A stretch of DNA of 64,000 nt, from NCBI RefSeq assembly GCF_009914755.1, contig NC_060937.1; one strand, 5' to 3'. Origin of the DNA: the human T2T-CHM13v2.0 reference genome, Homo sapiens. The notes beneath the pieces were generated by a model. That model ran no database searches, was not told the origin of the DNA, and saw nothing but the letters and a program-made list of their open reading frames with translations. This document shows positions 1 through 16,299 of this stretch, piece after piece; position 1 is the stretch's first letter; the number at the start of each line of letters is the position of its first letter. The translations under genes and the position numbers were made by a program.

Positions 1-117
1 ATAAACGAATATAGGGCGTTTGGAAAGTACTGGAAAAGGAGTGAGGATTCTGGTAAAATATAAATGATGACCATGTTAATAAGGATGCTGAAATTATGGA
101 CTTATAAAAGAAGAACG

Positions 118-411
118 GGCCAGGCGCATGACTCACACCAGTAATCCCAGAGATTTGGGTGGCTTAAGTGGGAGGATCACTTGAGCCCAGGAGTTCCAGA
201 TCAGCCTGGGCAACACAGTGAGGCCTCATCTCTATAAAAACAAAAAACAAACAAACAAACAAACAAAAAATTAGCCAGGCATGGTGGCACATGCCTGTAG
301 TCCTAGCTACTTGGGAGGCTGAGGTGGAAGGATCTCTTGAACCTAGGAATTTGAGGCTGCAGTGAGCTATGATCACACCACTACATTACAGCCTGGTGAT
401 GGAGCAAGACT

Positions 412-440
<29 letters not shown>
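118..440 (+). mobile_element. Alu, AluJ-like
   Basis: Dimeric Alu with J-type 'cttgagcccaggagtt' and 'gaggctgcagtgagctatgatc'; (AAAC)n-expanded linker. Confidence 0.9.

Positions 441-478
<38 letters not shown>
422..478 (+). repeat. Compound (AAAT)n(AGAT)n tetranucleotide STR in the Alu tail
   Basis: About 5 AAAT units followed by about 9 perfect TAGA units. Confidence 0.95.
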
Positions 479-479
<1 letters not shown>

Positions 480-1489
480 AGTGGGATAAATTTTAAAAGT
501 GATTTATTTCGCCTACAAAAGATTTAAGGTTATCGGAGCTGAATGTCAAATTGACAAATTCACTTAAGTTAGAACAATGGATCATTTCATCTTCTAGGAA
601 TCTTTTCAGTACCTAATTGGATTTCACCCAAAATAGTTTCAAGCCTAGCACAGAAGCACAGAGGAGGAAAATAACATTTGCACATCTGTATGTAAATTAC
701 AACTGGTATGTAAACTTTAAATGGCATGTGACCATAAATATAAATTTTTAAATAGACAAATTCAGATGAGTAAAATGTCTGTGTTAATATATTAGTTCTG
801 TTAAATTCAGCAATCCTAGGAAAAGCAGACATCACAAATGCATTACAATGTCAGAAATACAAAGGATTTCCTGGAAGAAATGTCATGAAAATGTGCTATC
901 AGGGAGTTCCTCCTCCCTTCCCACCTCTAAAGTTATTAAATAGCCATGCCTATTTAAATTCCTCCTGAGCAAGGCACGATTTAGGAGTCACAAGTCCCAT
1001 AAATGTAGTTTGAGATGTGGAGTCCCAGCTGCCACTAAGGAGCTCTTTTGCTGTGTCTCTTTAAATGCTGGAGTCTCCAGAACCCCAACCTTGGCTGTCT
1101 TGTTCCATATGCTCTCTCTCCCATGACCTCAGTCATCACAGACAGCTCACACTTCTTTTCTAAGCTTCATTCGATATCCCCTATTCTTAACCGTCAACTG
1201 AACTTCTGAAACAGATGCTTATCATCCTTCCACCCAAACCTACTTTTTTCTCTTTTCAACCCCCATATAACAGCACAGCCAAGTACTCAGCTGCTCAATA
1301 AAAGAATGCTAGAAGATTTTTGATGGCTTCATTTTTTCCCTTCTGCAAAACGTCATTAGGATCTTTGCAGTCCCTACCTGCAAAACTTTTAGTTTTATTC
1401 TTTCCTTCCATTCCTTGTCTCCTTCATTCCTCTTTCCCTTCCAACATTTTCTCCCTCCCTCCCTTCGTTTCTCCCTCTCTCACTTCCTT

Positions 1490-2380
1490 GCCTAACTCAT
1501 CAATTATTTGAGCACCTAATATTACAGCACTGTACTAGTTGAGCTGGATATAATGGTAAAGGAAACAGCTACAGCCTCTCACCATATTCACAGCTTATAG
1601 TCTAGTAGGGAACACAGACAACACATATAATAGATAGTGTCCTCATATGACAATCCAAGATGCTTGAAGATTTAACCTAAGGGCTCAGGAAGGCCGACTG
1701 CACAGTTATGTTTAGATCGAGATATCAAGGAACTAAAGAGGTATAGGGAAAGATGAGAAAGGGGAGTGATACAGGTAGAACAGTATGTGTCAAGACTCTT
1801 GGGTAACAGTCAGTTGGAGAGCTGGACAGGTATGCAAGAAGTCAGAAGCTAGAGAAAAGTGAGAAAGGGAGTGGTAAGAAACCAGGCTAGAAAGGTAGGT
1901 GGGGTTTAAGTCTGGCTAAGCCCTGGAAACCACTTAAAAGAGTTAGAACTGTTTCCTCAAAGCACCAAGAAGCCACTGAAGTAAAGGAATAATACGATCA
2001 GATTTTCAGTTTTAGAAAATTGCTCTGATGGAATGGTACGGTGGAGTCTGGTAGAGAGCAGAAGAGAAAGCAAAGGAAAGCAGTTTGAAATTCCTTTAAA
2101 ATTCAAGCAGGAGATGATGGTGGTCTAAACTACGGGATAGAGAGAAATGAATATATTTAAGAGATATTTAGGAAAAGGAACCAACAGGACTTAATGAGGG
2201 CCTGGAGTTAAGGATGAGGAGATGAAGAAGTCAAAGTTTCTGTCTTGGGCAATCGAGTGGCAGGTCACAGAAGAAACAGGGGAGGAGAACTGAATTAGCT
2301 GGGTGGGGGAGGGAAGTCTAGTTATAAAAGGCAGTTTAATTTTGGATATGTTTACTTTGAAGTGTCTGCTTCCCATATCT
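1490..2380 (-). mobile_element. L2 LINE 3' fragment (degraded)
   Basis: 'tcaattatttgagcacct...gcttatagtctagtagggaacacagac' L2 tail, then purine-rich L2 body. Confidence 0.7.
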
Positions 2381-5300
2381 GCTCCTTCCTCTCCAATTCA
2401 CTGTCTCAACTCAAGGGTAGCTCATCCCCTCCCCAGACTACTGGAAAGGGCCTAATTTGGTTTGGTTTCCCACCTCCAGATTTACAAGACTATCCTCAAT
2501 TTGTTTAGTTATTTTTCTAAAATAGAGATCTCATCAAGTTGCTTACTACTTCATTTTAAGAAGCTCTGATAATTCCTTTGAGGAAATGCTGAAAGCTTCA
2601 TCTAGGAAAGAATTTCTGTAAATATCCTGAGCAAAATGAAACAGTTATAATGACTTGTTCCTTCTAATCACAGTTTTTGCCTAGAATAGAGAATCCTCAG
2701 GATTATTTTAATTGAATAAATATATAAATAGTGTCTTATTTTTCCATTATAAAGTTACACATGCTTATTTTTCCCACTGGGAAACTTAGAAAACAATAAT
2801 CACCCAATGTCCAGTTGCTTAAAAAATCTGCTAACATTTTAATTTTGTTCCTATACATATTTATCTTTACTTACTAAAAATTCCATTTATATGTAATTTG
2901 TATCCTTTAGTAAAAATCAACATGAAATTGATAAATTTTTATATCATTAACTCTTATTGAGAATAATATTTAGTAAGTGGAAATTTGATATAGGAGAAGA
3001 AACTTGTGGAATGAGAGCTCCTAAAAAATAAAAATAATCTCATGAGAATGACGCTAACATTTATCATTACTGTTCTGCTGGACTGTGCTCTTCATGATGA
3101 CGTACTGGCCAGAAGGATTTTCGCAGAAGCAGGAGTAGGGCGGCCCTTTCACTACCGGGTTAGGAGAAGCAGGAATTATGTGAAGCCCCACAGACAGGAG
3201 TCAAACCAAGGAGAGGAAGTAAACATGCTTCTAATTTCTGAGAGAAAAGCTCAGGGACCATGACTTTAAGAATTCTGAGGGATTTCTGGGACTCTTATAA
3301 CTTCCTCAGGTTTATTATTTTAGTTACCCTGTTTCCTCAGAGAGATTAGCAGTAAAATTCTTTACAGCAAAAGGACTTTGGGGCTTTTCTTCCTGGACAA
3401 GAAAAAAATACAGAACGTACAAAACTCTATCCATGTTCCATCAAAGGAGGAGAGAAAGAAAGAAATAGAGTAGGAGAAAAAAGCTAAAAGGGAATGGAAA
3501 ACAGGCAAAGAGAAAATTAGTCTAGGAATGGGATTTGGACTAAATGTTGGGACTTGAATGCTGAAGGATTTGTAACAGACCTTGAGGGATCCCTGCAACA
3601 GCAGATAAATTTGCAAGCATGCTCATCAGCCCTCTGTGACTCTCACTCAAACAAGTTCCTTTCAGCCACTGTCTCCTAAAAATTACCTTTCCATATCCAT
3701 ATCTTTGCTTATGTGGTTTCTTTTGACTACAATAGCTCATCCTTGCCCATCTGTCTGTCATCTTCCACTCCCCCACCTAGCCTTCTGATAAAATGTTCCA
3801 ACTTCTCTGAAGCTTTGCCTATCTGTCCCGTTGTTTTCTCTCCTTTAACTCTCAGCACCAGAATGATTTCCTCCTTTGGGTTCCTAAACCACTCTCTCTC
3901 ACCAGTATACTCTAGCAATGTGCCAGGTCCTTGGCAGGTAGACAGGCTTGCTCCTTGAGGCCAGGATCATGCCCTATTCGGGTCTCTTAATGTCATGGAG
4001 TCAAAGATCAGTCAGTTTAAGGTTGTAAAATCACATAAAACACGTCTGGGAGCTCCCTGCATGTTATCTAAGGTTCAGAAGGGAGAACAGTGAGGAAGCA
4101 AATCCAGATCTTTTCTTCAGCAATTTTAAAAAATGGACTCTAGGTGAGTATTTGCCACTGCCAGCATTCAGCTTTCTTGCATGTTCTCTGAAACTTGTTT
4201 ACTGTGGGCCTGCCTTTAGTTGCCTCCAATTCTTTAATAATTTTCATAAAGTTAGTTCAGTTTGTATAATAGAGATGTTCTTTCCATAGGCCGCTAATTT
4301 CTTTGTTAGAAAACTCCCCACATTAATGTCATTAACAAATACCAATTACAATAAAAAATAACAAAATAAACCAATATTATGGTAAATCCAGAGAAATAAA
4401 TTCCAATTGCTTTAAAAAAATCCCATCTAATGCTGAACCTTCTAATTCTTTGCTTAAATGCCTAAAAATACACTATACTATCCCTCTCAGGTGGGAATTT
4501 TTACCACCATCTGAGCTTAGATTTGCTCATTTGAATAGAGAGGCCTTAGACAAGCTAATCTCTAAATACTATTTTACAATGATATTCTTTGGTCTTATAA
4601 CAAAATAAGAGATCACTGCTAATGATCACTGGAAATTTCTTATTTTCCAAATTCTCTCAATACATATACATTACTTTTGTAATCAGAAAAAAAATTATTA
4701 AAACTGAATAGTAAATAATCCTAAACAGTCATACAAATGGGTTCGTTGTAACGGTCAACAAACAGTAGTCAGAAGTCAGATTAGAAAACACACATTTCAA
4801 TTACATTACTAGTTTGCATGACTCTAAAACACAACCCTTATAAACCTCCCTATCAAAATCATAACCTCCTTTTCACATGAAAATAATAATATCTACCTCC
4901 CTGCATTTTCCCTTTGAAATACTGTGTTGCTATAAATGGCAAAAATCCACTTTTGGGTAGTGTGGTCAGCTATTAGGTATAACCAAAGCAGTCACGACAA
5001 ATATTGCAGGGGGCAAAAATCAATGTGTCTGCAGGAACAAAATACAGATTCAAAATAAATTCAAGAAAAAATATTCACTAAGAAACAATGGATAGACAAA
5101 CTAAATTGGCAGAAAGAATGTGGCAGAATGCCAAAGAATTTCCACATTGTAAACTCAGGCAACTTCATTAACTAAGGGGTTTGAGAAGGAACAAAAAATA
5201 ATTTAAAATAAAAATGAGTGCCACTGTATTTGATGAAACAAGTATTTCATAGCCTTGGGATCCCCAGGCTGCTGGAGCTATTAGACACTAAGTTATCAAA

Positions 5301-5934
5301 TTCCCTGCTGCCACTACCAGCTGGGGGACACAGGCAAGACAATTTCTGGACAAACTGTTCAGTGCTTCTACAGATATTAAACAATTATGCTGTCATAGCA
5401 ACATGGTATATTTCTGAGGGTGCACAGTAGCAATCTGCCAGGGCTTAGTTCAAATTATTAATTAGCAAAATTCATACATTCTTTAATTTTAGCAATAAAA
5501 TATTCATGGTGTCTCAATATTAAATAATTCAACATTTACTAAACCTCTATCAGGAGAAAAATAGAATCTCTAATCACATTAAGTTTGTAATTAATAGAAT
5601 GAGATACAAAGAATTAGTTAAAATGTTCATAGAGTCTTGCTTAGTTGGCATTAAACATATGTTTATTGATTTTCAGACTGTATAAAAGAGTTAAAAAATC
5701 AAATGCTATGAAACGCAGAGAAGAATGAATCATTTCTAGCCTGGAAAAAATTGAAATGGCATAATTTCATTGTATAAATTAATCAAGAAATTAAATTGGC
5801 CCAGTGAAAGTTACTTTTATAATATTTCCTCAATGGAAGTTCATCAATATTGGTATAATTCTGAATAAAAGGTTTATATTCAAAAATATGGGTCTATACT
5901 TCTTAGGATAAAGATGACAGGAGGGTACATCTTT

Positions 5935-6655
<721 letters not shown>

Positions 6656-6764
6656 TGTCCTTTACTTAGTATGTAAAGTATAGTCTCTGGCCTATTATAA
6701 GCACTTAACAAAAGTTAGTTATTATATTATTGTTGTTGTTGTTGTTCTGCCTAGTACAGGAATT

Positions 6765-6990
6765 CGTGTGCTATGATGCAAAAAAGCATGAGCTTTGGAG
6801 ATCTAATACCTAACTCTGACATTAACTAGCTATGTAATTTTGAGCAAATATTTTTACCTTTTTGAACTGGTCTGCTTATTCGTGAAAGGTGGAAAATAAA
6901 AATTTTTACCTCAAAAGGTTGATGTAGAACTAAATGAAATTATATAAAAGTACATTGAAAATTCTAAGACATACAAATATTACTATTTTT
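6765..6990 (+). mobile_element. MIR SINE
   Basis: 'gcatgagctttggag...ctagctatgtaattttgagcaaat...tacctcaaaaggttgatgtag' MIR core. Confidence 0.65.
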
Positions 6991-7292
6991 AATCTTAGTT
7001 CATAAGAAACTTTTAACCAATTATGGATGAAATCAAACACGGATCACAACAATTTTAAAAGACGATTGAATCAACATAGTGAGAAAATACTATAAAGTTC
7101 AGAAGAAAATAAGATTACTTCTTTTTTGGGAGAGACAAAGAAAGCCTCATAGAAGAAAAACATCTGAACTCTTGAAAGTCGGCAGAATTTTCACAGGCGA
7201 AGATGAGAGTAAGAGGCACCATATGAGGCAAACAACATGAAAAATGGGGAAGGGGATATTGCACTCAGGAAGTGTAAGAAATTGTAGTTTGA

Positions 7293-7609
<317 letters not shown>

Positions 7610-8254
7610 CTAGAACTATAAAAGGAGTTTGGAGCCAGATTGTGGGTGGTTCTGAGTGTCTCTCTATGAAGGGGATTTTATCTGGTAGACAAGATAGAGC
7701 CACTTTCACCTTTTAGAATAAATAACATTAAGAGATTCTTTCTAGGATATCCCTCACTGCTGATAGATCAGAAGGTGTCATAGAATTGAAATGAGTACCT
7801 ACAGACTCAGTAATGTAAAAACATGAAGAAAATGAAAATCAGGGATAGAGAAGGCATCCTGTATGAAAATCAGCCAGAATTGGCTTTTTATTTTATAAGA
7901 AATATATAATATATTGGAGTTTTAGTAAGGGCAAAAAATATGGATGGGAATACAAGAAAAGTTTCAGTATAAAAATTTTACCAGACTGTTATTTTGTAAA
8001 GTGATATAAAAAGCTGGCTTAAAATGACAAAAAAAAAAAAAAAAAAAGCTGACAAACCCTGGGAAGTGATTTTATTAGACAATAGTCATGTAGAAATGAT
8101 TGTGAATTATTAATTATGCCTCATTAAATATAAATTAACTTTTGATGACTTACTTTGAAATTTTGTCTAATATCAGAAACCAAGTGATGTTATGATATGT
8201 AGATCAAATTTTTATTTCTAAAAACAAAACACTGAATATTTAAAAAATAATTCC

Positions 8255-8554
<300 letters not shown>

Positions 8555-8691
8555 TAATTCTTATGTAAGGATACTTGAACATTTCAGAACACAACATTCC
8601 TAAAATATGTTTTGCCTTCAAATATCTGATAAAGAGCAACTGTCTCTCAAAACACATGTATTCTTACACAAAAACAGAGACTCACTCTTAG

Positions 8692-9360
<669 letters not shown>

Positions 9361-9566
9361 TGATTCTATAGCCCCCAATTTTCACAATAAATATTTTGTA
9401 TATCAAATTGAATATGACACTATACATCAAAAGAAAACCAGGTCTGGGAAGGTGGGGAAGGCAGGAAACTTATTCTTGAGCTACAGCTGGCATAGAAAAA
9501 ATATCACTGGTTAGAAAATAAATAGCCATCTCTCTTTTTGTTAATTGGAAAGTCATACTGTGACAA

Positions 9567-9600
<34 letters not shown>

Positions 9601-11208
9601 TCAGCATGAAGCTCCTAATAGTAATGAAAGGTACATATAATGTTATAATTACAGTAGGTAGAAAGTAATGCATGCTAAAGTGGTTCTATAATATTCAGCA
9701 TTATACCCTAAGTGACCCTCAAACATGTGTATTTTCATGGTACTCTATCCCACTTGGCAGAAAGGCAGCAGTTCTGCTGCACTTACTGGAAAGACTATGT
9801 GCTGTGTCATAAAATCTCACACAGAAAATAGGATTTTTAAAAATCAATTTTATTATAAATAAGGGGCAGGCTACTTTATTTTACTATGACAAGTGGTGCT
9901 TGTATTTAGCTTCCCAACAGATGTAAAATCTTTTCTAGTATCATAGATTCTTAGAAAAGATAGTATCTGCAAGAAAAAGGTGAAATTGGGTTTAGTAAAG
10001 ATGTTAAACCTTCAGATACCTCAAAATCAGCACCCATTTTCTTTAATTTCCTCATTGTAAAAGTTGCCACTGGTAACAGAGCAGTCTTGTAAAACATCTC
10101 TAGATATAATTTCAAGTGTTGAAACATTTCTTTCATAGAGTTCAGCCAGTTTCTGGTTTGCAAACAGAAGGCTGTGTAGACTGCATATATCTGTAGACAA
10201 TGCTTTAGAAGGAGAAAGAAAGGAGACTGAACAATTGCTACACATGATTCATTTACTTTAAAAATAAGTTATGTGATTAAAATAGGCATTTTCACAGGGG
10301 ACTGTCACTTTGCATTTGACTGAAAACACCAGTGACACTACCCCAGGAGAGCTGAGAGTCAATTGTCCTCCACCTATTATCTGCACCTTTATTTGCCTGT
10401 CTTGATCTTCTTTGATTGTCTTGTTTCAGAAGATGGAAATAAGGGTGAAGGTGAGCAGGTGCATCAAATATGAAGAAAAGCATGAAATACCATTGACCAA
10501 TGAAACAAGGCATTTTTTAAAACTACTGAAGAAGGACCTGAGTTACTATCACTGCAAAAATATACATTCCCAAATATATAACTCTCCTAGATGATCAGCA
10601 CTCAGAACAGCACAGAGAAAGAGAACACAAACTCTATGCCAGTCCTTAGCAAAGCACAGTTCTGTGGGGTACTGCATTAGTCAAGGAATACTACAGGTGG
10701 CTCTGTACTCCCTCGTACCCACCAAACAGAAGCAGCTAAGAGTCTAACCATAGAATCTTGCCCAGATCTTAGCACAGATGTTACCTTATGAAAACACATT
10801 AGAAAGGAATTGAAGTTGGCTAAAGGATTCAAACAGTTCTATTTAGATTTTAACCAGCTGCCTTGGTCCAATTTCCACCCCTTGACCTGGTAAATGCAAG
10901 CACAGGCAAAGTTATGTATGATTTAATTAGCTAAATACTAATCAGCACTTTATTATTAGAAATTTAAAAATAATTAGCATTTCATTATTCTGTCTTAGTG
11001 ATAATGCTGCCAGTCTCTGATCCTGTCATTATAGAACTATATCCAGTTGAATGGGCTACTTAACTATTTACTCTCTTGAGTAGGTAGTCCCTAGATTTTA
11101 TCTAATTCATTAGTCTCCTTCACTTAAACAGCTGCAAGCTCAGAGAAAAAGACATTTCAATTTGTCTTATAGCCCCCTGAAAACAATCCAACTAAGCCTA
11201 AATTTTAA

Positions 11209-11583
<375 letters not shown>

Positions 11584-13749
11584 TAGTCCTTTAAAATCTA
11601 CTAATTAACTCAGCAAGTATTTGTTGAATGTCTACGGTATGCAAGGCATCAGGGAGACACAAAAATAATGAAGACTCTTTATCTCTTTTTCATAGAGATG
11701 GTGGGTAAATACATAAATCTAACTAAATCCCAAAAGAAATCTGTAAGTGACCTATCACACTTCAGAGAGTGCAGTCAAGCCTTCAAGCCATAGCATTCAC
11801 AAGCACTTTATTAAAGAAGCATATTCTAGAATATTACAGCCAGAAAGACCCTAGAAAATATCCATGCCAAGCCTATAATTTTATAGATAAGAAAAAAGAA
11901 AAGGCCCTAATTAGAAGGAATAACTATTTACTCAGTATCACATATCAGTTGATATCACACATATCAATTTACTCACTAACAATTTACTCAACTATCACAG
12001 AGAGTTAAAAAATCTGAAAAGGAAGGAAGGTCTTTGGGTACCCAGCTTATTACTTTTCCATGATGCCACATTGCCACTCTGAGGTTAAGAGAATGTGAAT
12101 GGGCAAAGGTAAGAGAAAGAAGAGAGCATGCTGGCAAAGATTAGAGGTTGAAATATAACACTGATAAGAAGGTATGTTTGGGAAACAGAGTATTTAATTT
12201 GTCTGAGGAAAAAAAGCATTTACAGGGAGAAACCAGACACCAGGCTGAAAGCAGAGCAGGATTAGATCATGGAGGACATCAAATGACAGTCTAAGAGAGT
12301 TAGACTTTTTCACTATATAATATAATGAACATAGGTAGCAGAATTTACTTCCAAAAAAACATTCCTTCAACATTGGTATTATAATATAACACTGATGGTC
12401 TTAGAGGTTTATAATCAAAGAACAGAAAACTCTTTTGATATGAAAAGGGTCAGCTAAACATAGCAAATTATACTGAATACAATCTCCCTTTGTAATTTCT
12501 TCTTTCTCCAAAGTGGAGAGTGGCAGGATAAGAGTACAAGATGGCAAGACAGTGTGATCTGCTGACCACAGATGGCTTTTGCAAAATAACTGATAAATGA
12601 AAGTTTGTGCCAACCCGTGGCTCCTGCCTTGCTCTTCGTGGGGATCTTCAACTTGAAGGCTCTATCTAGCTGAATCCTGAACCAGTCCTAGACAGGCTTG
12701 AAAATCAGTGGGCTTGACCATCCTTATCAGATGCTGGAGTCCAACCATCTACCTATGGAGCTGTAGCTGCCCTTCCCTCCACCCCGCTGCCTAGCTCTTT
12801 GCTCTAATGCCTTGTTCCTTTCTTTAGGACTGGAAACAAAAGAGAGATAGCATATTAGATTTTATGCCAAGGTTTGTATAGCACCCTAGGACAATTCCAA
12901 AACACTTTCACAGTCTCTGCTTCATTCATCATAAAGCAGAGGCAAACCTCTGTTCTACTTCACCCTTCACTCTGAATAGCTCTCCCCAATCCTCCAGAGG
13001 TTAAAACATTCTTCCTGTCTCTCTGGTTACTGGCTAGGCATTAACTTCAACCTTTTAAACTAGAAGACCCTCCTGAAACTCTAATCTATTACCTGCTCAA
13101 TTGCAAGTGCTACCTTTGCCAAGAAACCAACTGCATCTAACCCACCAAACCCTCAGGATAGCAATACCATGACAGAGATTTCAAAACCACTTGGACTCCA
13201 TACCTTGACCTCTAGGGATCTTCCTTTTAAAAACCTGCACCTTAGAAAAATTATTCCTCAAGCCCCAGTTCTGTATAGTCTTGGTCTATTCTCTTCTCCA
13301 TGCTGGTCTGCCGCTGCTGGGATGCCAAAAGCCTCTGTGTCTCTGGCCATTCAGGTGATGGCAGAAGTTCTGAAAAGGACACACTGAGTGCACCAAGGTT
13401 TAACTTATAAAGAGTTTGTGAAACTCTTATAAAAAATTTACAAAGTACTTTGGGCTATATACAACCTGAATGTCCACAGAGCCATTGTTTTTCAAAGTGT
13501 GATGAGAATGTGACTTCCTGGGTTTCAATATCAAGAGCCAAATTCTGACTGTTAACTGATCTTCATCTTCCCACTCTGGTATATAGGTTCATCTTTTACT
13601 GTTCAGTGAAGAAAAATAGGTAGGACTTTTCAAATAGTGGGAATTAAAGGGTCATAAATAATTTATTGTTCTAGTTTTAATTCTTGTTTTAAAAAATGAA
13701 ACAAGAGAATATTACTTTTAAACTATACAGTGATACAGAGGTATTTAGC

Positions 13750-13970
13750 TGACAGAACTGAGCACTGTGTGAAGCACTTCCCACGCATTATCTCATGACA
13801 TCCTTACGTTAGCCCAAAGGGACCATACTATTTTTATTCCCAGGTTAGACATCAAGAAACTGAGCCTTAGTAAGATAAGCAATTTGCCCAAAGTCACACA
13901 ACCATATGTGGAAGAGTTGCTGTTGAGCCTCTAGTTATCTAATTTCTAAGCCTATGCACTCAAATCAATA
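13750..13970 (-). mobile_element. MIR SINE
   Basis: 'gcactgtgtgaagcacttc...gaaactgagcc...tttgcccaaagtcacaca' MIR core. Confidence 0.75.
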
Positions 13971-14234
13971 AAGCACACAACTGGCCCATTTTTACTTTTA
14001 TTTTTAAATCAGTACTTCAAAATGATAAGTTTGAGAGGCTAAATATATAAAGAATATGTATTATTTTTATAAATACAAAAAAGAAGAAAAAATAGAAACC
14101 AAACTTTAGAAGCTTTGTTACCCTTAATTTAAGACCAATTTAAAAAACCAAAAGTGCTGTTCACTGTGAGCCTGAAAATTCAATAGAGGAAAATTATCAG
14201 GACCCTGTAAACCTAAAATTTTCATACGTTCCTC

Positions 14235-14935
14235 CATAAACATACATTGAGTGTCTACTATGTAACAGGTACCATGCTAGGAGCTGAGAACAGAGATAAA
14301 TAAGAAAAACACAGTCCCTGCTCTCAAGGGACATATAGACAAGTTGCAAAGACAGTCATATGGTATGACTAGTATGACAAAAGGGAGATAAAAGGGAGTA
14401 GAAGCAGGAAAAACCTATTCAGCCAGGGACAAGGGAAGGTCTCTCTTCCATGAGTTAAAGGGAGGGTATATGGGAAGGGGACAGGAAGTTCTCCCTGCAG
14501 AAGGAAGAGCATGTACTGAGGACCAGAGCAGAGATAAGTAACTGAATAGATAAGGAACTGCAGAGTGCCTCAAGCCAACACAGTGAGAGAAAGAAGGGGC
14601 CATGGCTTAGGAATAGAGGGGTGGGCAGAGAGTGAATCCTGTACACTGTACTGAAGACTCAGACTATACCTAACAGAAATGGGGAGCCAATTTCAGCAAA
14701 AAAGAGAGGCTCAATCAGATTTTAGTTTTACAAGTATCAATCTGACAACAGATACTACAGAATGGAGAGTAGATAAGAATGGGCATAAGGTGGGGATGGA
14801 GCTATCATAGGAAACTACTGCTGCAATCCAGGTGACAGGTGAAGATCACTGGGGCTAGAGTGACAGATGTGGACAAGAAGAGTAGATACTTATAAGACAG
14901 AATGTACATAACTTGATGAGGGACAGAATGGAGCA
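14235..14935 (-). mobile_element. L2 3' fragment
   Basis: 'attgagtgtctactatgtaacaggtaccatgctagg...cagtccctgctctcaagg' L2 tail. Confidence 0.7.
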
Positions 14936-15109
14936 TGATTTAAACCTTGAGGTAATTTTGAAGTTTAGAAGGTAGCAGAGTCTCATCCTTTAATTAAACC
15001 AGTCATTTAATAGGGGAAAAAATAACTGATTCCAACAAGAAGAAACTTACTGCTTTTAAATTGTTACTATCATTTTTTCATTGGTACCTAGATTTTAGCC
15101 ATAACTCAC

Positions 15110-15181
15110 CTGGTTGCCAACCAATAATAAGTGTTCTCCAAGGAGAAAGTCTTTCAGCATATCTTCCATCACTATCACATG
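15110..15181 (-). CDS. VWA8: VWA8 coding exon, 72 nt: HVIVMEDMLKDFLLGEHLLLVGNQ (first half of a Walker A motif)
   Basis: Acceptor cctttttctctag|CAT, donor CAG|gtgagt; hydrophobic strand plus GNQ, which in VWA8 continues GVGK in the next exon (not found in this window). Confidence 0.95.
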
Positions 15182-15898
15182 CTAGAGAAAAAGGAACTAG
15201 GGGTTAACTGTTTTGTACAATCAAGGTTAAATAAGAAAGTTAACTATAAAGATATCTTTATAGAATATAAATATCTATTATAATAAACAATTATCAATCG
15301 ATTTGATATAACCCAAAATTAAATCTGTGGTTATAAGTAAATTATATAACCATTTAGGTCACTGATACTGAAAACTTGAAATAGTCCACCTGAGCAAAAC
15401 TAAGCAACTGACCAACATTTCAGAGTTTTTAATAATTCAACTCAAATATTTTTTTACCTATTATACTATGTAGAGTTGGCTTATAATTTAATATTTAAAT
15501 TGATACTTGCTAATGTAAATATACAAAGGCTTCCTAAAATAACTGTACACTTCTAGGGAACATTTTACATTGACTTGTTCTTAACCATTACCTTTAAAGC
15601 TATGGATAGCTTCAGAATTAAAAATATATTATTTACCTTCCACACTTTTTAATTTGAATTATGACACAATATAATAACAGAACAAGATTAAGGTTGTTCA
15701 CAATAGCCACAGAGGAAATTACATTGCTCTTTTGTATCTTGAAAAATAAGACACCTGTAAGTAGGTCATGCGGGTTCTTTAGGGCTGGGAAGAGATCTAC
15801 ACTCCAGCACAATTAATATTCCTATTACTTTCTCTTGGTTTTCTGTATCAAATAGCAGCTAAATAAGTACTAAAGTTATTGACGTTCCCTATTTGTAA

Positions 15899-16266
<368 letters not shown>

Positions 16267-16299
16267 GCTTTCTTTTTTCAATTTCGTTTATGGTGCTTT

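Noticed and set aside
4108-4150. Plus-strand ttttcttcag|23 nt|gtgagt micro-exon-like pattern
   Set aside because: Single antisense motif pair with no partner exons or promoter; expected by chance in 64 kb.
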